The notes below the pieces were generated by a model, which did no database searches, was not told the DNA's origin, and was given only the letters and a program-made list of their open reading frames with translations. The translations under genes and the position numbers were made by a program. This document shows, piece by piece, positions 37,841 through 46,653 of a stretch of DNA of 64,000 bases. Source of the DNA: an uncultured Pirellulaceae bacterium (GTDB taxonomy: Bacteria > Planctomycetota > Planctomycetia > Pirellulales > Pirellulaceae); NCBI GenBank assembly GCA_964476375.1, contig CAYYZW010000196.1, forward strand, positions 2,282 through 66,281, written 5' to 3'. How positions within the stretch are numbered: the stretch's first letter is position 1; the number at the start of each line of letters is the position of its first letter.

Positions 37841-39964
37841 ATGATGCGAAATGTACTTTTCCCGCTTGCCGTGGTCGTGCTCGCAGCTTCTCCTGCGGCT
37901 GCCCAGATCTCCTACCCGATGATCATGAGCCTGGAACCGGTTGCTGCACAGGTAGGACAGGTATCGACACACACTGTGAGATCCCGTTACAGCATGTTCG
38001 GAGCCTACGATGTTTTGGTCAGTGGCGATGGTGTGACCGGGAAGATTATCCCGCCGGAGATGACCGACGAGGAGAAGGCCAAGAAACCGGAGCTGGTCAC
38101 AATGCAGGTCGAGTTCACGGTCGCCCCCGGGGCGATGCCCGGCGTGAGGGACTTCCGTATTGCCACCCCTCACGGGGCAAGCACGATTGGCCAGCTGGTG
38201 ATCGGCCGGGAGGAGGTCGTGCGGGAGAGTGGCGACAATAACACGGCCGACAAGGCAACCGCCGTTCCAGCCCCCGCCACTATCTGTGGTGCGATCGAAA
38301 GCGCGGAGGACGTGGACTACTTCAAGTTCACGGCCGCCGAGGGGGAGGGGTTGAGTTTTCATGTCCGCTGCATGCGGCTGCAGGACCGGATTCATGACCT
38401 GCAGCAACATGCGGACCCGATGATCACGATACGCACCGCGGCGGGAGCAACCATCGCCGCGATGGACAACTACTATGCCGGGGATCCCTACCTGGCACAC
38501 ACTTTCAAGCAGGCGGGCGAGTACCTGCTTGAAATTCGCGATGTTCGCTACCAGGGCAATACTTACTGGCAGTACAGCATCGAGGTCAGTCGTCGAGCCC
38601 ATGTCACCAACGCCTTTCCAATGGCGGTGAATCCCGGGAAATCGGCGGCCCTGGAATTGATCGGTTTCCAGTGCGGAGGCACGCAACCAGTTGTTTACCA
38701 GGTGCCGGCTGAGATGAGTCCCGGGCCGCAGTGGGTGATTCTTGAAGTGGGAGCGGAGTTGACCAACCCGACTCCCGTTGTGGTGACCCGTCAGGCACTT
38801 GTGCAGGAAGCAGGGGCAGAGAATGGAAGCGTGGAGACGGCCCAGCCGGCCACTCTCCCGGGTGGTATTAACGGCCGGATTGAAAAAGAGGCAGATATTG
38901 ATTACTTCGCTTTTGAGGCCAGGAAGGGACAACAGGTCACGATCGATGTTGTTGCTCGCCGCCATCAGTCGATGCTCGATAGTCATCTGCGGGTTCTCGA
39001 CAGCGAGGGGAAAGAACTGGTTGCCAGTGATGACTTCAAGGTCGGCAAGCGCAATTACGCGGACTCTCGCGTGGAAAACTGGTCGGTTCCAGCCGATGGA
39101 ACATACCTGGTGGAAATAAGGGACCTGCACCTTCGGGGCGGGGATGAATTCGTTTACTTCATCGATCTCACGCTTTCCACACCTCATTTTTTTCTGCAGT
39201 CGGATACCGACAAGACACAACTGACGCCCGGTACCTCTGGTGTGATGTTCGTTCGGATTGATCGCAAGAACGGGTTTGCCGGGGAAGTGCAACTGGAGGT
39301 CGAGGGAATGGGTGAGGGAGTCACAGCCTCCTGCGGCCGGATCCTGGCCGGGAGGAATGATGGTTGCATCATTTTCCATGCCGCACCGGACGCTCCCATG
39401 CAAATGCAAAATGTTCGCATCTCGGGAACTGGTACGGTCGGGGAGGGTGACAGCGAAAAAGTGATGACCGTGGAAGCAGATTACTACCAGGAAACGTACA
39501 TGCCCGGTGGTGGGAGAAACCACTTCCCGGTGGAAACCCATTCTGTCAGCGTGGGGGAACCAGCCGACCTGCTGGCAGTCAGACTGTCAACCAACGAGCT
39601 CACGATCAAGCCCGGCGAATCGATCAAGATTGATGTGGAAATCGAGCGGGCCGAGGGTTTTGACAAGAACGTGACGCTTGATGTCCTTTATCAACATCTC
39701 GGTACGGTCTACGGGGACTCGCTGCCGGAGGGTATCAGCATGGATGCGAATAACAGCAAGACGCTCCTCACGGGTGATACGGCCAGGGGGCACATCACGA
39801 TTATTGCCTCGGACAAGGCCCCGGTGGCAGAAAACCAACAGGTGGCGGTGATGGCACATGTTTCCTTGAACTTTGTTATGAAGGCGACGTATAGTAGCAT
39901 GCCGCTGAAAATTACCGTGAAGCCCAGTGGCGAGGCGGTGGAAGCTTCGGCGGAATCCAAGTAA
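37841..39964 (+). CDS. Secreted protein with an Ig-like N-terminal domain and two PPC-like domains (paralog of 27742 and 58847)
   Basis: 707 aa with a signal peptide. PPC blocks are ICGAIESAEDVDYFKFTAAEGEGLSFHV and INGRIEKEADIDYFAFEARKGQQVTIDV...RRHQSMLDSHLRVLDSEGKELVASDD. It starts 9 nt after the PSD stop. Confidence 0.65.
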   Translation: MMRNVLFPLAVVVLAASPAAAQISYPMIMSLEPVAAQVGQVSTHTVRSRYSMFGAYDVLVSGDGVTGKIIPPEMTDEEKAKKPELVTMQVEFTVAPGAMPGVRDFRIATPHGASTIGQLVIGREEVVRESGDNNTADKATAVPAPATICGAIESAEDVDYFKFTAAEGEGLSFHVRCMRLQDRIHDLQQHADPMITIRTAAGATIAAMDNYYAGDPYLAHTFKQAGEYLLEIRDVRYQGNTYWQYSIEVSRRAHVTNAFPMAVNPGKSAALELIGFQCGGTQPVVYQVPAEMSPGPQWVILEVGAELTNPTPVVVTRQALVQEAGAENGSVETAQPATLPGGINGRIEKEADIDYFAFEARKGQQVTIDVVARRHQSMLDSHLRVLDSEGKELVASDDFKVGKRNYADSRVENWSVPADGTYLVEIRDLHLRGGDEFVYFIDLTLSTPHFFLQSDTDKTQLTPGTSGVMFVRIDRKNGFAGEVQLEVEGMGEGVTASCGRILAGRNDGCIIFHAAPDAPMQMQNVRISGTGTVGEGDSEKVMTVEADYYQETYMPGGGRNHFPVETHSVSVGEPADLLAVRLSTNELTIKPGESIKIDVEIERAEGFDKNVTLDVLYQHLGTVYGDSLPEGISMDANNSKTLLTGDTARGHITIIASDKAPVAENQQVAVMAHVSLNFVMKATYSSMPLKITVKPSGEAVEASAESK

Positions 39965-39981
39965 TCTCTTTTCCTTCGGCC

Positions 39982-40746
39982 ATGTCTCGACGTATCGTCC
40001 AAATTTCTGACACCCACCTCTTTTCCGATCCCGAGGGAGAGTTGCTGGGTGTTCGCACGCGCAGCGGTACAGAGGCGGTCATCAACCATATTCGCAGCGA
40101 GGTGGGTGCTTTTGAACTGATGGTCATCAGCGGGGACCTGGTTCATGAGGAGGGAGCGGCCTACGAGCAGCTTCGCGGACTGCTGGGAGACTGGCTTCCG
40201 CTGTGCCGTGTGATTCCCGGCAACCATGACAAGCGAGATTTGCTTCGTGATGCATTCCCGGAATCTCATTCTCCGCTCCAGGACGATGTCGTCTTTGAGC
40301 AGAGGCTGGGCAACTGGCAGCTGATCGGACTGGACACGCTCTGGCCGGGCCAAGTGGAAGGCGATATTGCCCAGCCCCAGTGGGAGTGGCTTAGCGCCCT
40401 GCTCGCCGAGCAGGGCGATTCCCCCACGGCAATTTTTATGCACCACCCGGCTGTCCTGATTGGCAGTGGCTGGCTGGACCAGCTGGGATTGATCGAGTCA
40501 GAACGTTTTCAGCAGCTCATCAAGGATTCGCCACAGGTCAAGCTGGTCAGCGCCGGACATGTCCACCAGGAGAGCAGCACCACGATGGGTCATGCCACCG
40601 CCTATACCCTGCCCGCTGCATCGGTCCAGTTTGCCGTGGGAACCGACGAGTTTGCGATAGGGAGCGAGCCACCGGGGTACCGGCTTATCGACCTGGAGGA
40701 CGACGGCTCTTTCGTGACCGAGGTGGTCAGGGTGCCGATCCCGTGA
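39982..40746 (+). CDS. Metallophosphoesterase, 3',5'-cyclic-nucleotide phosphodiesterase CpdA-like
   Basis: 254 aa with no signal peptide. Calcineurin-like motifs appear in the expected order: ISDTHL (DxH), ISGDLV (GD), PGNHD (GNHD), MHHP and AGHVHQ (GHxH). Confidence 0.8.
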   Translation: MSRRIVQISDTHLFSDPEGELLGVRTRSGTEAVINHIRSEVGAFELMVISGDLVHEEGAAYEQLRGLLGDWLPLCRVIPGNHDKRDLLRDAFPESHSPLQDDVVFEQRLGNWQLIGLDTLWPGQVEGDIAQPQWEWLSALLAEQGDSPTAIFMHHPAVLIGSGWLDQLGLIESERFQQLIKDSPQVKLVSAGHVHQESSTTMGHATAYTLPAASVQFAVGTDEFAIGSEPPGYRLIDLEDDGSFVTEVVRVPIP

Positions 40747-41630
40747 GAATGCTGGCTGGAATACGGCCACCATGGCCTGGGGATCACTTCGTGCTGGAAA
40801 CCGCCTGGGTCCTGTGTACTTATGGAGCCCAGTACCTGGTGTGTGGTCTGACCATCTCCCTTCTGATGGTGGCCTGGGGTTCTCGCCGACAGCGACAGGC
40901 CTCACGGAGGACCGTGCTTGTGGCTGCGGTCCTCGTGCTCTGGATCGCGCTCTTTCTAGGTACCGATTCAGGCTATCAGGCCTGGCAGGGTATTCCCGAT
41001 TCGCCGAAGGAGGCGTACTCGGATACCGGTGGACCGGGTTCGATGCTCCTGGGGGGATGGTTGCCGAGCGCGGTGGTGCTTGGTTGTGCCCATCATCTGC
41101 TGCGGCAGGCTGGACAGATCAAGCTCCCGGTTCCCGAGGACTGGAGAACGGAGGACACCCCCTATCCACCTCCCTGGGCAGAGCAGTTGCCCTGGAAGGG
41201 CACGCTGCAACTGCGGTTCCCACCAGGGTTCTTTGATAAAGATGATGCCTTCTTCTGGTCCTATCCAATCCTCTACCAGCTCGAGGGCGATGTCCTTTCC
41301 GCGGAAAAGGATATTCAGCGGGCGCTGCGCGAATACGACGCCGGGCTGTATGGTGGCGGCTATGCGGCGGAGAAGATCAGGCTGACGATCAAGGAGGTCA
41401 AGGATGAGAAGCGAAAGGGGCTCTCTGGTTTCAGTCAGTGGCAGGTGAAGTTCGAGGGGTTTGCCCCGTTCCAGCCCAAGGCACCGCTGGTCACCTACCT
41501 GGAAGTGTCCCGCTGGTACCGGCCCAGGCAGAAGCAGACGGCCATCCTGATCCTTCGTTCGGCCCGTCCGCCAAAGGACGATGATCCGGTCTGGAAACAG
41601 CTACGGCAGTTCCGGGCCGTTATCAAGTGA
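40743..41630 (+). CDS. Hypothetical membrane protein
   Basis: 295 aa. Its GTG overlaps the CpdA-like stop (GTGA), and an alternative ATG lies at 40749. It has 3-4 hydrophobic segments in the first ~120 aa followed by a soluble domain. I recognise no family. Codon usage resembles the neighbouring genes. Confidence 0.5.
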   Translation: MRMLAGIRPPWPGDHFVLETAWVLCTYGAQYLVCGLTISLLMVAWGSRRQRQASRRTVLVAAVLVLWIALFLGTDSGYQAWQGIPDSPKEAYSDTGGPGSMLLGGWLPSAVVLGCAHHLLRQAGQIKLPVPEDWRTEDTPYPPPWAEQLPWKGTLQLRFPPGFFDKDDAFFWSYPILYQLEGDVLSAEKDIQRALREYDAGLYGGGYAAEKIRLTIKEVKDEKRKGLSGFSQWQVKFEGFAPFQPKAPLVTYLEVSRWYRPRQKQTAILILRSARPPKDDDPVWKQLRQFRAVIK

Positions 41631-41650
41631 AGCGGTTGCCTTGTACCACC

Positions 41651-42652
41651 CTAGCGGGGCCAGACCAGCCGGCCGGCCACTTTCACCCGTACTTTCCAGA
41701 GTGTCTTGCCGGCGGTGATATAGAGCGTCTTCAGGTCTGCATCCCCAAAGCAGCAGTTCGTCACCATGTCCTCGGGCACCTTGATCACGCCCTTGAACTT
41801 GCCTTCCCCTGAGAAAACGTAAACCCCGCCCGGGTTATCGGTCGTCTGGTTCACGTAGGCCCGATCGGCTCCGCCGGTGACATAAAGGTTGTCCTCGCTG
41901 TCGATGCACATCCCGTCGCCACCACGCCCCTTGCCCCAGTCGTAAAATTCTTTCCCCGCACCGCTGGCATTTCCCTCGTCATCCAGCGGAAAGGCCCAGA
42001 GCTTGCGGACCGGCGTGATTGGCTGGTTGTCGACGACGTAGAGCGTCTTCTGGTCCCTGGATATGGCAATGCCGTTGGGACGGGATACCTGGCCCTCGCC
42101 GAGCACGCGAACCAGCCCGGTTCCGTCCGGGTTGACCCGGTAGACACCCTCCACATCCAGCTCCAGCCCGTCGCGATCCGGCCCGTAGTAGGGATCGGTG
42201 AAGTAGATCCGCCCCCGCTCGTCAATGCAGAGGTCATTGGGGCTGTTAAATCGTTTTCCCTCGTAACGGTCGACAATCACGGTTCGTGCTCCACTGACCA
42301 CGTCGATCTTGCTCAGCCGCCGACCCCCCAGGCCTCCCCGTTCATTTCCCTCGCAGGCAATCAGGAAACCATGGGAGTCAAACATCAGGCCATTGGCCCG
42401 GCCGCTCGGCCGCAGGAACGTGGCGGCATCGGCCGCACCGGGTGCGAGACGCATGATGCGGTTATTGGCGATGTCGGTGAAAAAGACACTTCCATCACGG
42501 TGATAGGCCGGCCCCTCGGTAAAGACGAGTTCCGTGGCCGCCTCCACGTCCCCATCGGCAACCAGATCCCGCGGGGCCTTGATCGCCTGGGCCCCGGCAG
42601 GTGTTGTTGCCAGCAGCAGGAACGTGACCAGGACGGGGGAAAGAAATTTCAT
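41651..42652 (-). CDS. SMP-30/gluconolactonase/LRE family protein, secreted (second paralog)
   Basis: 333 aa with a signal peptide. Motifs: FTEGPAY, ANGLMFDSHGFLIACEG, PNDLCIDERGRIYFTD, PNGIAISRDQKTLYVV, GDGMCIDSEDNLYVT and TNCCFGDADLKTLYIT. Confidence 0.85.
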   Translation of the reverse strand: MKFLSPVLVTFLLLATTPAGAQAIKAPRDLVADGDVEAATELVFTEGPAYHRDGSVFFTDIANNRIMRLAPGAADAATFLRPSGRANGLMFDSHGFLIACEGNERGGLGGRRLSKIDVVSGARTVIVDRYEGKRFNSPNDLCIDERGRIYFTDPYYGPDRDGLELDVEGVYRVNPDGTGLVRVLGEGQVSRPNGIAISRDQKTLYVVDNQPITPVRKLWAFPLDDEGNASGAGKEFYDWGKGRGGDGMCIDSEDNLYVTGGADRAYVNQTTDNPGGVYVFSGEGKFKGVIKVPEDMVTNCCFGDADLKTLYITAGKTLWKVRVKVAGRLVWPR

Positions 42653-42698
42653 GGGTTACCTCGTGGTGATGCAGGAAAGGTTGGTGCCGGCGAACAGC

Positions 42699-45683
42699 TT
42701 ACTTCTTGAAAACCTGGTGGCTGCTGTCGCCCCCGGAAATCAGGAATGCAACCAGGTCGAGGATCTCCTCTTTTGTCATTCGATTGAGCAGCCCCTTGGG
42801 CATGGGCGATGTCTTGGAGATGGTGATCTCGTCTATCTGGTTTCGGTTGATCGCGACTTGCTGGTTCGGGGCGGTCAGGTCCGTGTTGAGCATCATCCGG
42901 TCTCCATTGAGATTCACGACGACACCGGTATGAACACGCCCGTCGTCGGTAATCACCACGACGGCAGAAAACTGTTCATTGATGACCTTGCTTGGATGGA
43001 TCACCTGGTCGAGGAGATCATGGGCCGAGTATCTCCTGCCGGCAGATGTGAGGTCCGGCCCGGTGATGCCCCCCTGGTTATTAAACCGGTGACAGGCAAA
43101 ACAGCCCGCCGCGGCAAACATCCGTTGTCCGTTTTCAAAATCCCGTGCCTTCAGGTCCGTTCTGGCCGCGTTCGAGAGAGTATCGAGCGTCCACTCGGTC
43201 GTCTCACGGCCCTGGAAAATCTGTCCCAGGTTCTCCAGCACAGAGACCCGTACCGGTTTCTTTGCCAGAAGTTCCTTCAGCGTGGCTTTTTCTGCTTCAC
43301 CGAGCGCGGCCACGGCATCGGTACGAATGAAGGCGATAAACTGGTCAAAACTGGCGCCTCCCCGGTAGCTGGCGGCCTTGAGGAACCAGTTGAAGTACCG
43401 TGTTCGCAGCTCGGTAGTCCAGCCCGTCTTCAGCATCCGCAGCGAACGGGCATATTGAAGCTGTTCTTCCTGGGTGACAGCAGTTTCGATTAAATCCATG
43501 GCCCTGGTGGCAACCGTGGGAGATTCCAGCCAGGCCAGCGTTTCGCAGAGCAGCCAGTTTTGCTCAAAAGTGTCCGCCGGGAATAGTGGATCAAACTTCT
43601 CGACCAGCTTTGCCACGGTCTCACTTCCCGGCCGTCCGAAACGGACCAGCGTGATCTGCAGGGTGCGGTAAAGCGTCAGCTTCTGGGCGTGATTCAATTG
43701 GGATGAATCAACAGCGAGTATGGCGGCCAGCAACCTGGCTCTCATTTCCAGGTCGACCGGCCCGGTTTGATCATCACGGTGTTGTGGACAGGTGCCAGTG
43801 ACGCGAGTCAGCGCGAGCAGCGCTTCGACCTGCGTGGCCGGGTTGGGGTCCGAGAGAGCCCGCTCTGCCCATGTGTCGGTTGGCTGGTGCTCGATTGCCA
43901 TTCGAGCGGCCCAGCGGATAAAGCGGTCATCCTCTTCCAGGTAAGGCCAGGCGGTCTCGACGGCCGTGGCGTCCTGTTTTCCATGAAATGCCTCCAGCAT
44001 ATGGCGAGTTTCTCTGCTCTTGTTCGGTTGTGGTTGTGCCTGGACCAGGGCGGTCGATTCCTTTCCAACATAGGTCACCCGGTACAGCCCGGATTGAACA
44101 CGGCGGCCGCCAATCGTGAAATACATGGCACCGTCATCCGGGTGGACCACCAGGTCGGTAATCGGGAGGGGGGCACCGGTGACAAACTCTTCCTTGGTGG
44201 CGGTATAACCAGAGCCCTCCGCCTCCAGGTGGACGGCGTAAAGCTTGCCCCAGCTCCAGTCCAGGGCATACAGGGCGTTCTGGTATTTTGCCGGGAACGT
44301 GGCACCATAACCAAAGGTCATACCGGTCGGGGAGCCTGGTCCAATGTCCAGTACACCGGGAAGATTGTCGGCATAGAACACCGGCCGTTTGCCGGCCCCG
44401 TTTCGCCAGCCGAACTCGCCGCCACTTGTCACCAGGCAAATACGCGTGGGGCGGTACCAGGGGGTGTTGAAGTCATATTCCATGTCCGCGTCATAGGTAA
44501 ACAGCTCCCCATCGCGGTTGACCGCGCCGCCAAAGATATTTCGAAATCCGTTTGCGTACGCCTCGAATACCTTTCCATCGGGCGAGACCTTGTAGATGAT
44601 ACCCCCGGGCGCCAGGACCCCTCGATTGTGGCCGCGACCGTCCGGCATGCTCGGTAGCAGGTGATCCTCGCCCCAGACCTGCCTGACTGGAGAGCTTCGT
44701 TCGATACGCGGGGGCTTGGAGTTGTTTCCCGTGACAAGGTAAAGGGATTTTCCATCGGGCGCGGGTACCACGGCATGGACGCCATGGTCGCCCCTGGACG
44801 GCACTTCTCGCAGCAGTTCGACCTTGTCGAGCTGGTCATCGCCGGTGCTGTCGGTCAGCCGGTAGAGTCCACTGGGTATTTTCTGCTCGTAATCATTAAC
44901 GCCGCAGTAGAGCGCACCGAAGGCCCAGACCATTCCATTGACAGCCCGTATTTGTGCCGGAACAGGCTCAATGGCATCTGCATCCAGTGGTGATCCGGCC
45001 GAGGGTGGTGCGAATCGATAAAGGCTGCCAAATTGATCACTCACGATCAGGCGCCCCTTGCCGTCATGGGTGATGTTCACCCAGGATCCAAGTTCCGTGC
45101 TGGGGACGCTGTAAAGGAGTTCGACCTTGAAGCCATCCAGTACCTTGATGCGATCGATCGGGGTTGCCTGGGGCTGGGGCGGCTCCTTGTTGACCAGCGA
45201 GATCCACTGGATCTCCGTGGCACTTTCCCCGGTGTGGGGGTCAATCCGCAGCTGTGTCAGGTCTGCATCGGGCTTGAAGAAGACCTGGTAGGTTTGCCAT
45301 TTCTGGCCGGGGTTACGGATCTGGAAGCTCACCGAGTTCTTTTCCGAGGTGTCCGGCTGACGGCTTGTACCCCAGAAAACCTGTACGTTGCGGCGACCAC
45401 GGAAGCGGGCCGAGAAGGAGAGCTCCTTCCAGCCGGCCGGGGCTGACACGGGAGAGGAAAAGTGGGGGTCGCCGCCGGTGGCCACCACCCGCAGGAGGTT
45501 GTCCTTGACCACCAGGTCCACGTTATTCACAGATGACCAGCTGGTCTCGCCGGACTCGAAAGTCCATTTCACAACTGCCTTCTCGGCTGCCTGGGAAGCG
45601 GGGAGTGGCGGCAGGGAGATCGAGTAAAGGTAAACAGAGGCAGAGGCGATCAGCAGCGAGGCAACAGGCAACAGTCGTTTCAT
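42699..45683 (-). CDS. PVC-type heme-binding CxxCH protein with a membrane-bound-dehydrogenase-like beta-propeller and HEAT-like repeats
   Basis: 994 aa with a signal peptide. A propeller-like central region (GSLYRF, GALYCGV, DGKSLYLVTGN, DGAMYFTIGG) is followed by a helical repeat region. The C-terminal cytochrome c motif is AAAGCFACHRF, followed by PMPKGLLN. Confidence 0.75.
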   Translation of the reverse strand: MKRLLPVASLLIASASVYLYSISLPPLPASQAAEKAVVKWTFESGETSWSSVNNVDLVVKDNLLRVVATGGDPHFSSPVSAPAGWKELSFSARFRGRRNVQVFWGTSRQPDTSEKNSVSFQIRNPGQKWQTYQVFFKPDADLTQLRIDPHTGESATEIQWISLVNKEPPQPQATPIDRIKVLDGFKVELLYSVPSTELGSWVNITHDGKGRLIVSDQFGSLYRFAPPSAGSPLDADAIEPVPAQIRAVNGMVWAFGALYCGVNDYEQKIPSGLYRLTDSTGDDQLDKVELLREVPSRGDHGVHAVVPAPDGKSLYLVTGNNSKPPRIERSSPVRQVWGEDHLLPSMPDGRGHNRGVLAPGGIIYKVSPDGKVFEAYANGFRNIFGGAVNRDGELFTYDADMEYDFNTPWYRPTRICLVTSGGEFGWRNGAGKRPVFYADNLPGVLDIGPGSPTGMTFGYGATFPAKYQNALYALDWSWGKLYAVHLEAEGSGYTATKEEFVTGAPLPITDLVVHPDDGAMYFTIGGRRVQSGLYRVTYVGKESTALVQAQPQPNKSRETRHMLEAFHGKQDATAVETAWPYLEEDDRFIRWAARMAIEHQPTDTWAERALSDPNPATQVEALLALTRVTGTCPQHRDDQTGPVDLEMRARLLAAILAVDSSQLNHAQKLTLYRTLQITLVRFGRPGSETVAKLVEKFDPLFPADTFEQNWLLCETLAWLESPTVATRAMDLIETAVTQEEQLQYARSLRMLKTGWTTELRTRYFNWFLKAASYRGGASFDQFIAFIRTDAVAALGEAEKATLKELLAKKPVRVSVLENLGQIFQGRETTEWTLDTLSNAARTDLKARDFENGQRMFAAAGCFACHRFNNQGGITGPDLTSAGRRYSAHDLLDQVIHPSKVINEQFSAVVVITDDGRVHTGVVVNLNGDRMMLNTDLTAPNQQVAINRNQIDEITISKTSPMPKGLLNRMTKEEILDLVAFLISGGDSSHQVFKK

Positions 45684-45866
45684 CTGATTCTCTCCATTTT
45701 TTACCGACAGCGGTTCCTGCCAAAATGGTGGACCGGATTCTTGCCGAAGTCAAGTAACGGGGGGTTGGGACGTGTTTAACTGGACTCGTATGAAAACTGT
45801 GGGCAAAGAGGGGCGGCCGCCTGGATCCACGAGGCGAGTACAGCCAGCCGGCCCGCCTGCGATAGC

Positions 45867-46574
45867 TTAGGATCGATCGAGAAGCCTCAGCAGTGTGAGG
45901 GTATTCTGCTCAAGCAGCTGTCCCATGCGGCCAAATACTTTCAGGGCGGCACCCAGGCCGATGGTAAGAAATCCATACAGTATGGAAGCGATCGCCAGCC
46001 CAATGACGGCTGGCCCCTCATCTGGCGATAGTTCTCCGGTAGCAGCGATAATAAATATCAGTAGACCACCGACAATGGACAGCGCCCCCACGACCACGAT
46101 GATGCTTCCGGCGATCAGGACGGAGCTAATTTCACCACTGGCGATTCGTGTTACCAACCTGTCGCCATGCCCCGGTGCGGCAGGCATGGGAGCAACATGT
46201 GATGGTACCATTGCTTGGGCCTGGGCAGCCTGCTGCATGACGATTGCCTGCTCCTGCCTTTGTTGGCGTTGGCTTTCAGCAGCTATTCGCTTTTGCTCAC
46301 GCTGTTGCTCTTTTTCCTCGTCCCGTTGCTGCTTCAGAGCCGCCTCTTGCCTTACTTTTTCTTCTTTCTGTTTCTGCAGCTCTTCTTGGACGACCGGCCA
46401 GAGAAGCGTGTCCTTGATCAATACCCACTCGTTATTGGTGTGCTGCTGGCTAGCGAGCGGGTTTTTCTTGTTAATCTCCCCGCGGACAAAAAGCGCAACG
46501 ACTTGCTCATCGGTGAGAGGCCCAAGAACCTTGTCGGATGAAAAACCTGATTGTTGAATAAACCAGTCGGACAT
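45867..46574 (-). CDS. GYF_2 (DUF4339)-like domain protein with a charged coiled coil and two C-terminal TM helices
   Basis: 235 aa. The N-terminus (WFIQQSG..VLGPLTDEQVVALFVRGEINKKNPL...NEWVLIKD) resembles the bacterial GYF_2 domain. It is followed by a Q/E/K/R-rich segment (QKQKEEKVRQEAALKQQRDEEKEQQREQKR) and then two hydrophobic helices. Confidence 0.6.
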   Translation of the reverse strand: MSDWFIQQSGFSSDKVLGPLTDEQVVALFVRGEINKKNPLASQQHTNNEWVLIKDTLLWPVVQEELQKQKEEKVRQEAALKQQRDEEKEQQREQKRIAAESQRQQRQEQAIVMQQAAQAQAMVPSHVAPMPAAPGHGDRLVTRIASGEISSVLIAGSIIVVVGALSIVGGLLIFIIAATGELSPDEGPAVIGLAIASILYGFLTIGLGAALKVFGRMGQLLEQNTLTLLRLLDRS

Positions 46575-46653
46575 GTCACGTACCCCCGAAAAGACAAAAA
46601 TTGTTATTGTTTCGCAAATCCGAACCAGTTATCCGCCTGGATAGCATGACGTT

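Noticed and set aside
37289-39541. 750-aa ORF on the minus strand. Similar long antisense ORFs occur at 57402-58901(-), 61194-62681(-), 53961-55208(-), 51115-52221(-), 11282-12274(-), 5271-6467(+), 12492-13625(+), 24972-25934(+), 42534-43493(+) and 43767-44657(+).
   Set aside because: Each lies entirely antisense to a gene with clear family motifs. Their translations are Arg/Gly/Pro/His-rich low-information sequences with no recognisable motif. Long stop-free antisense frames are expected in GC-rich genomes.
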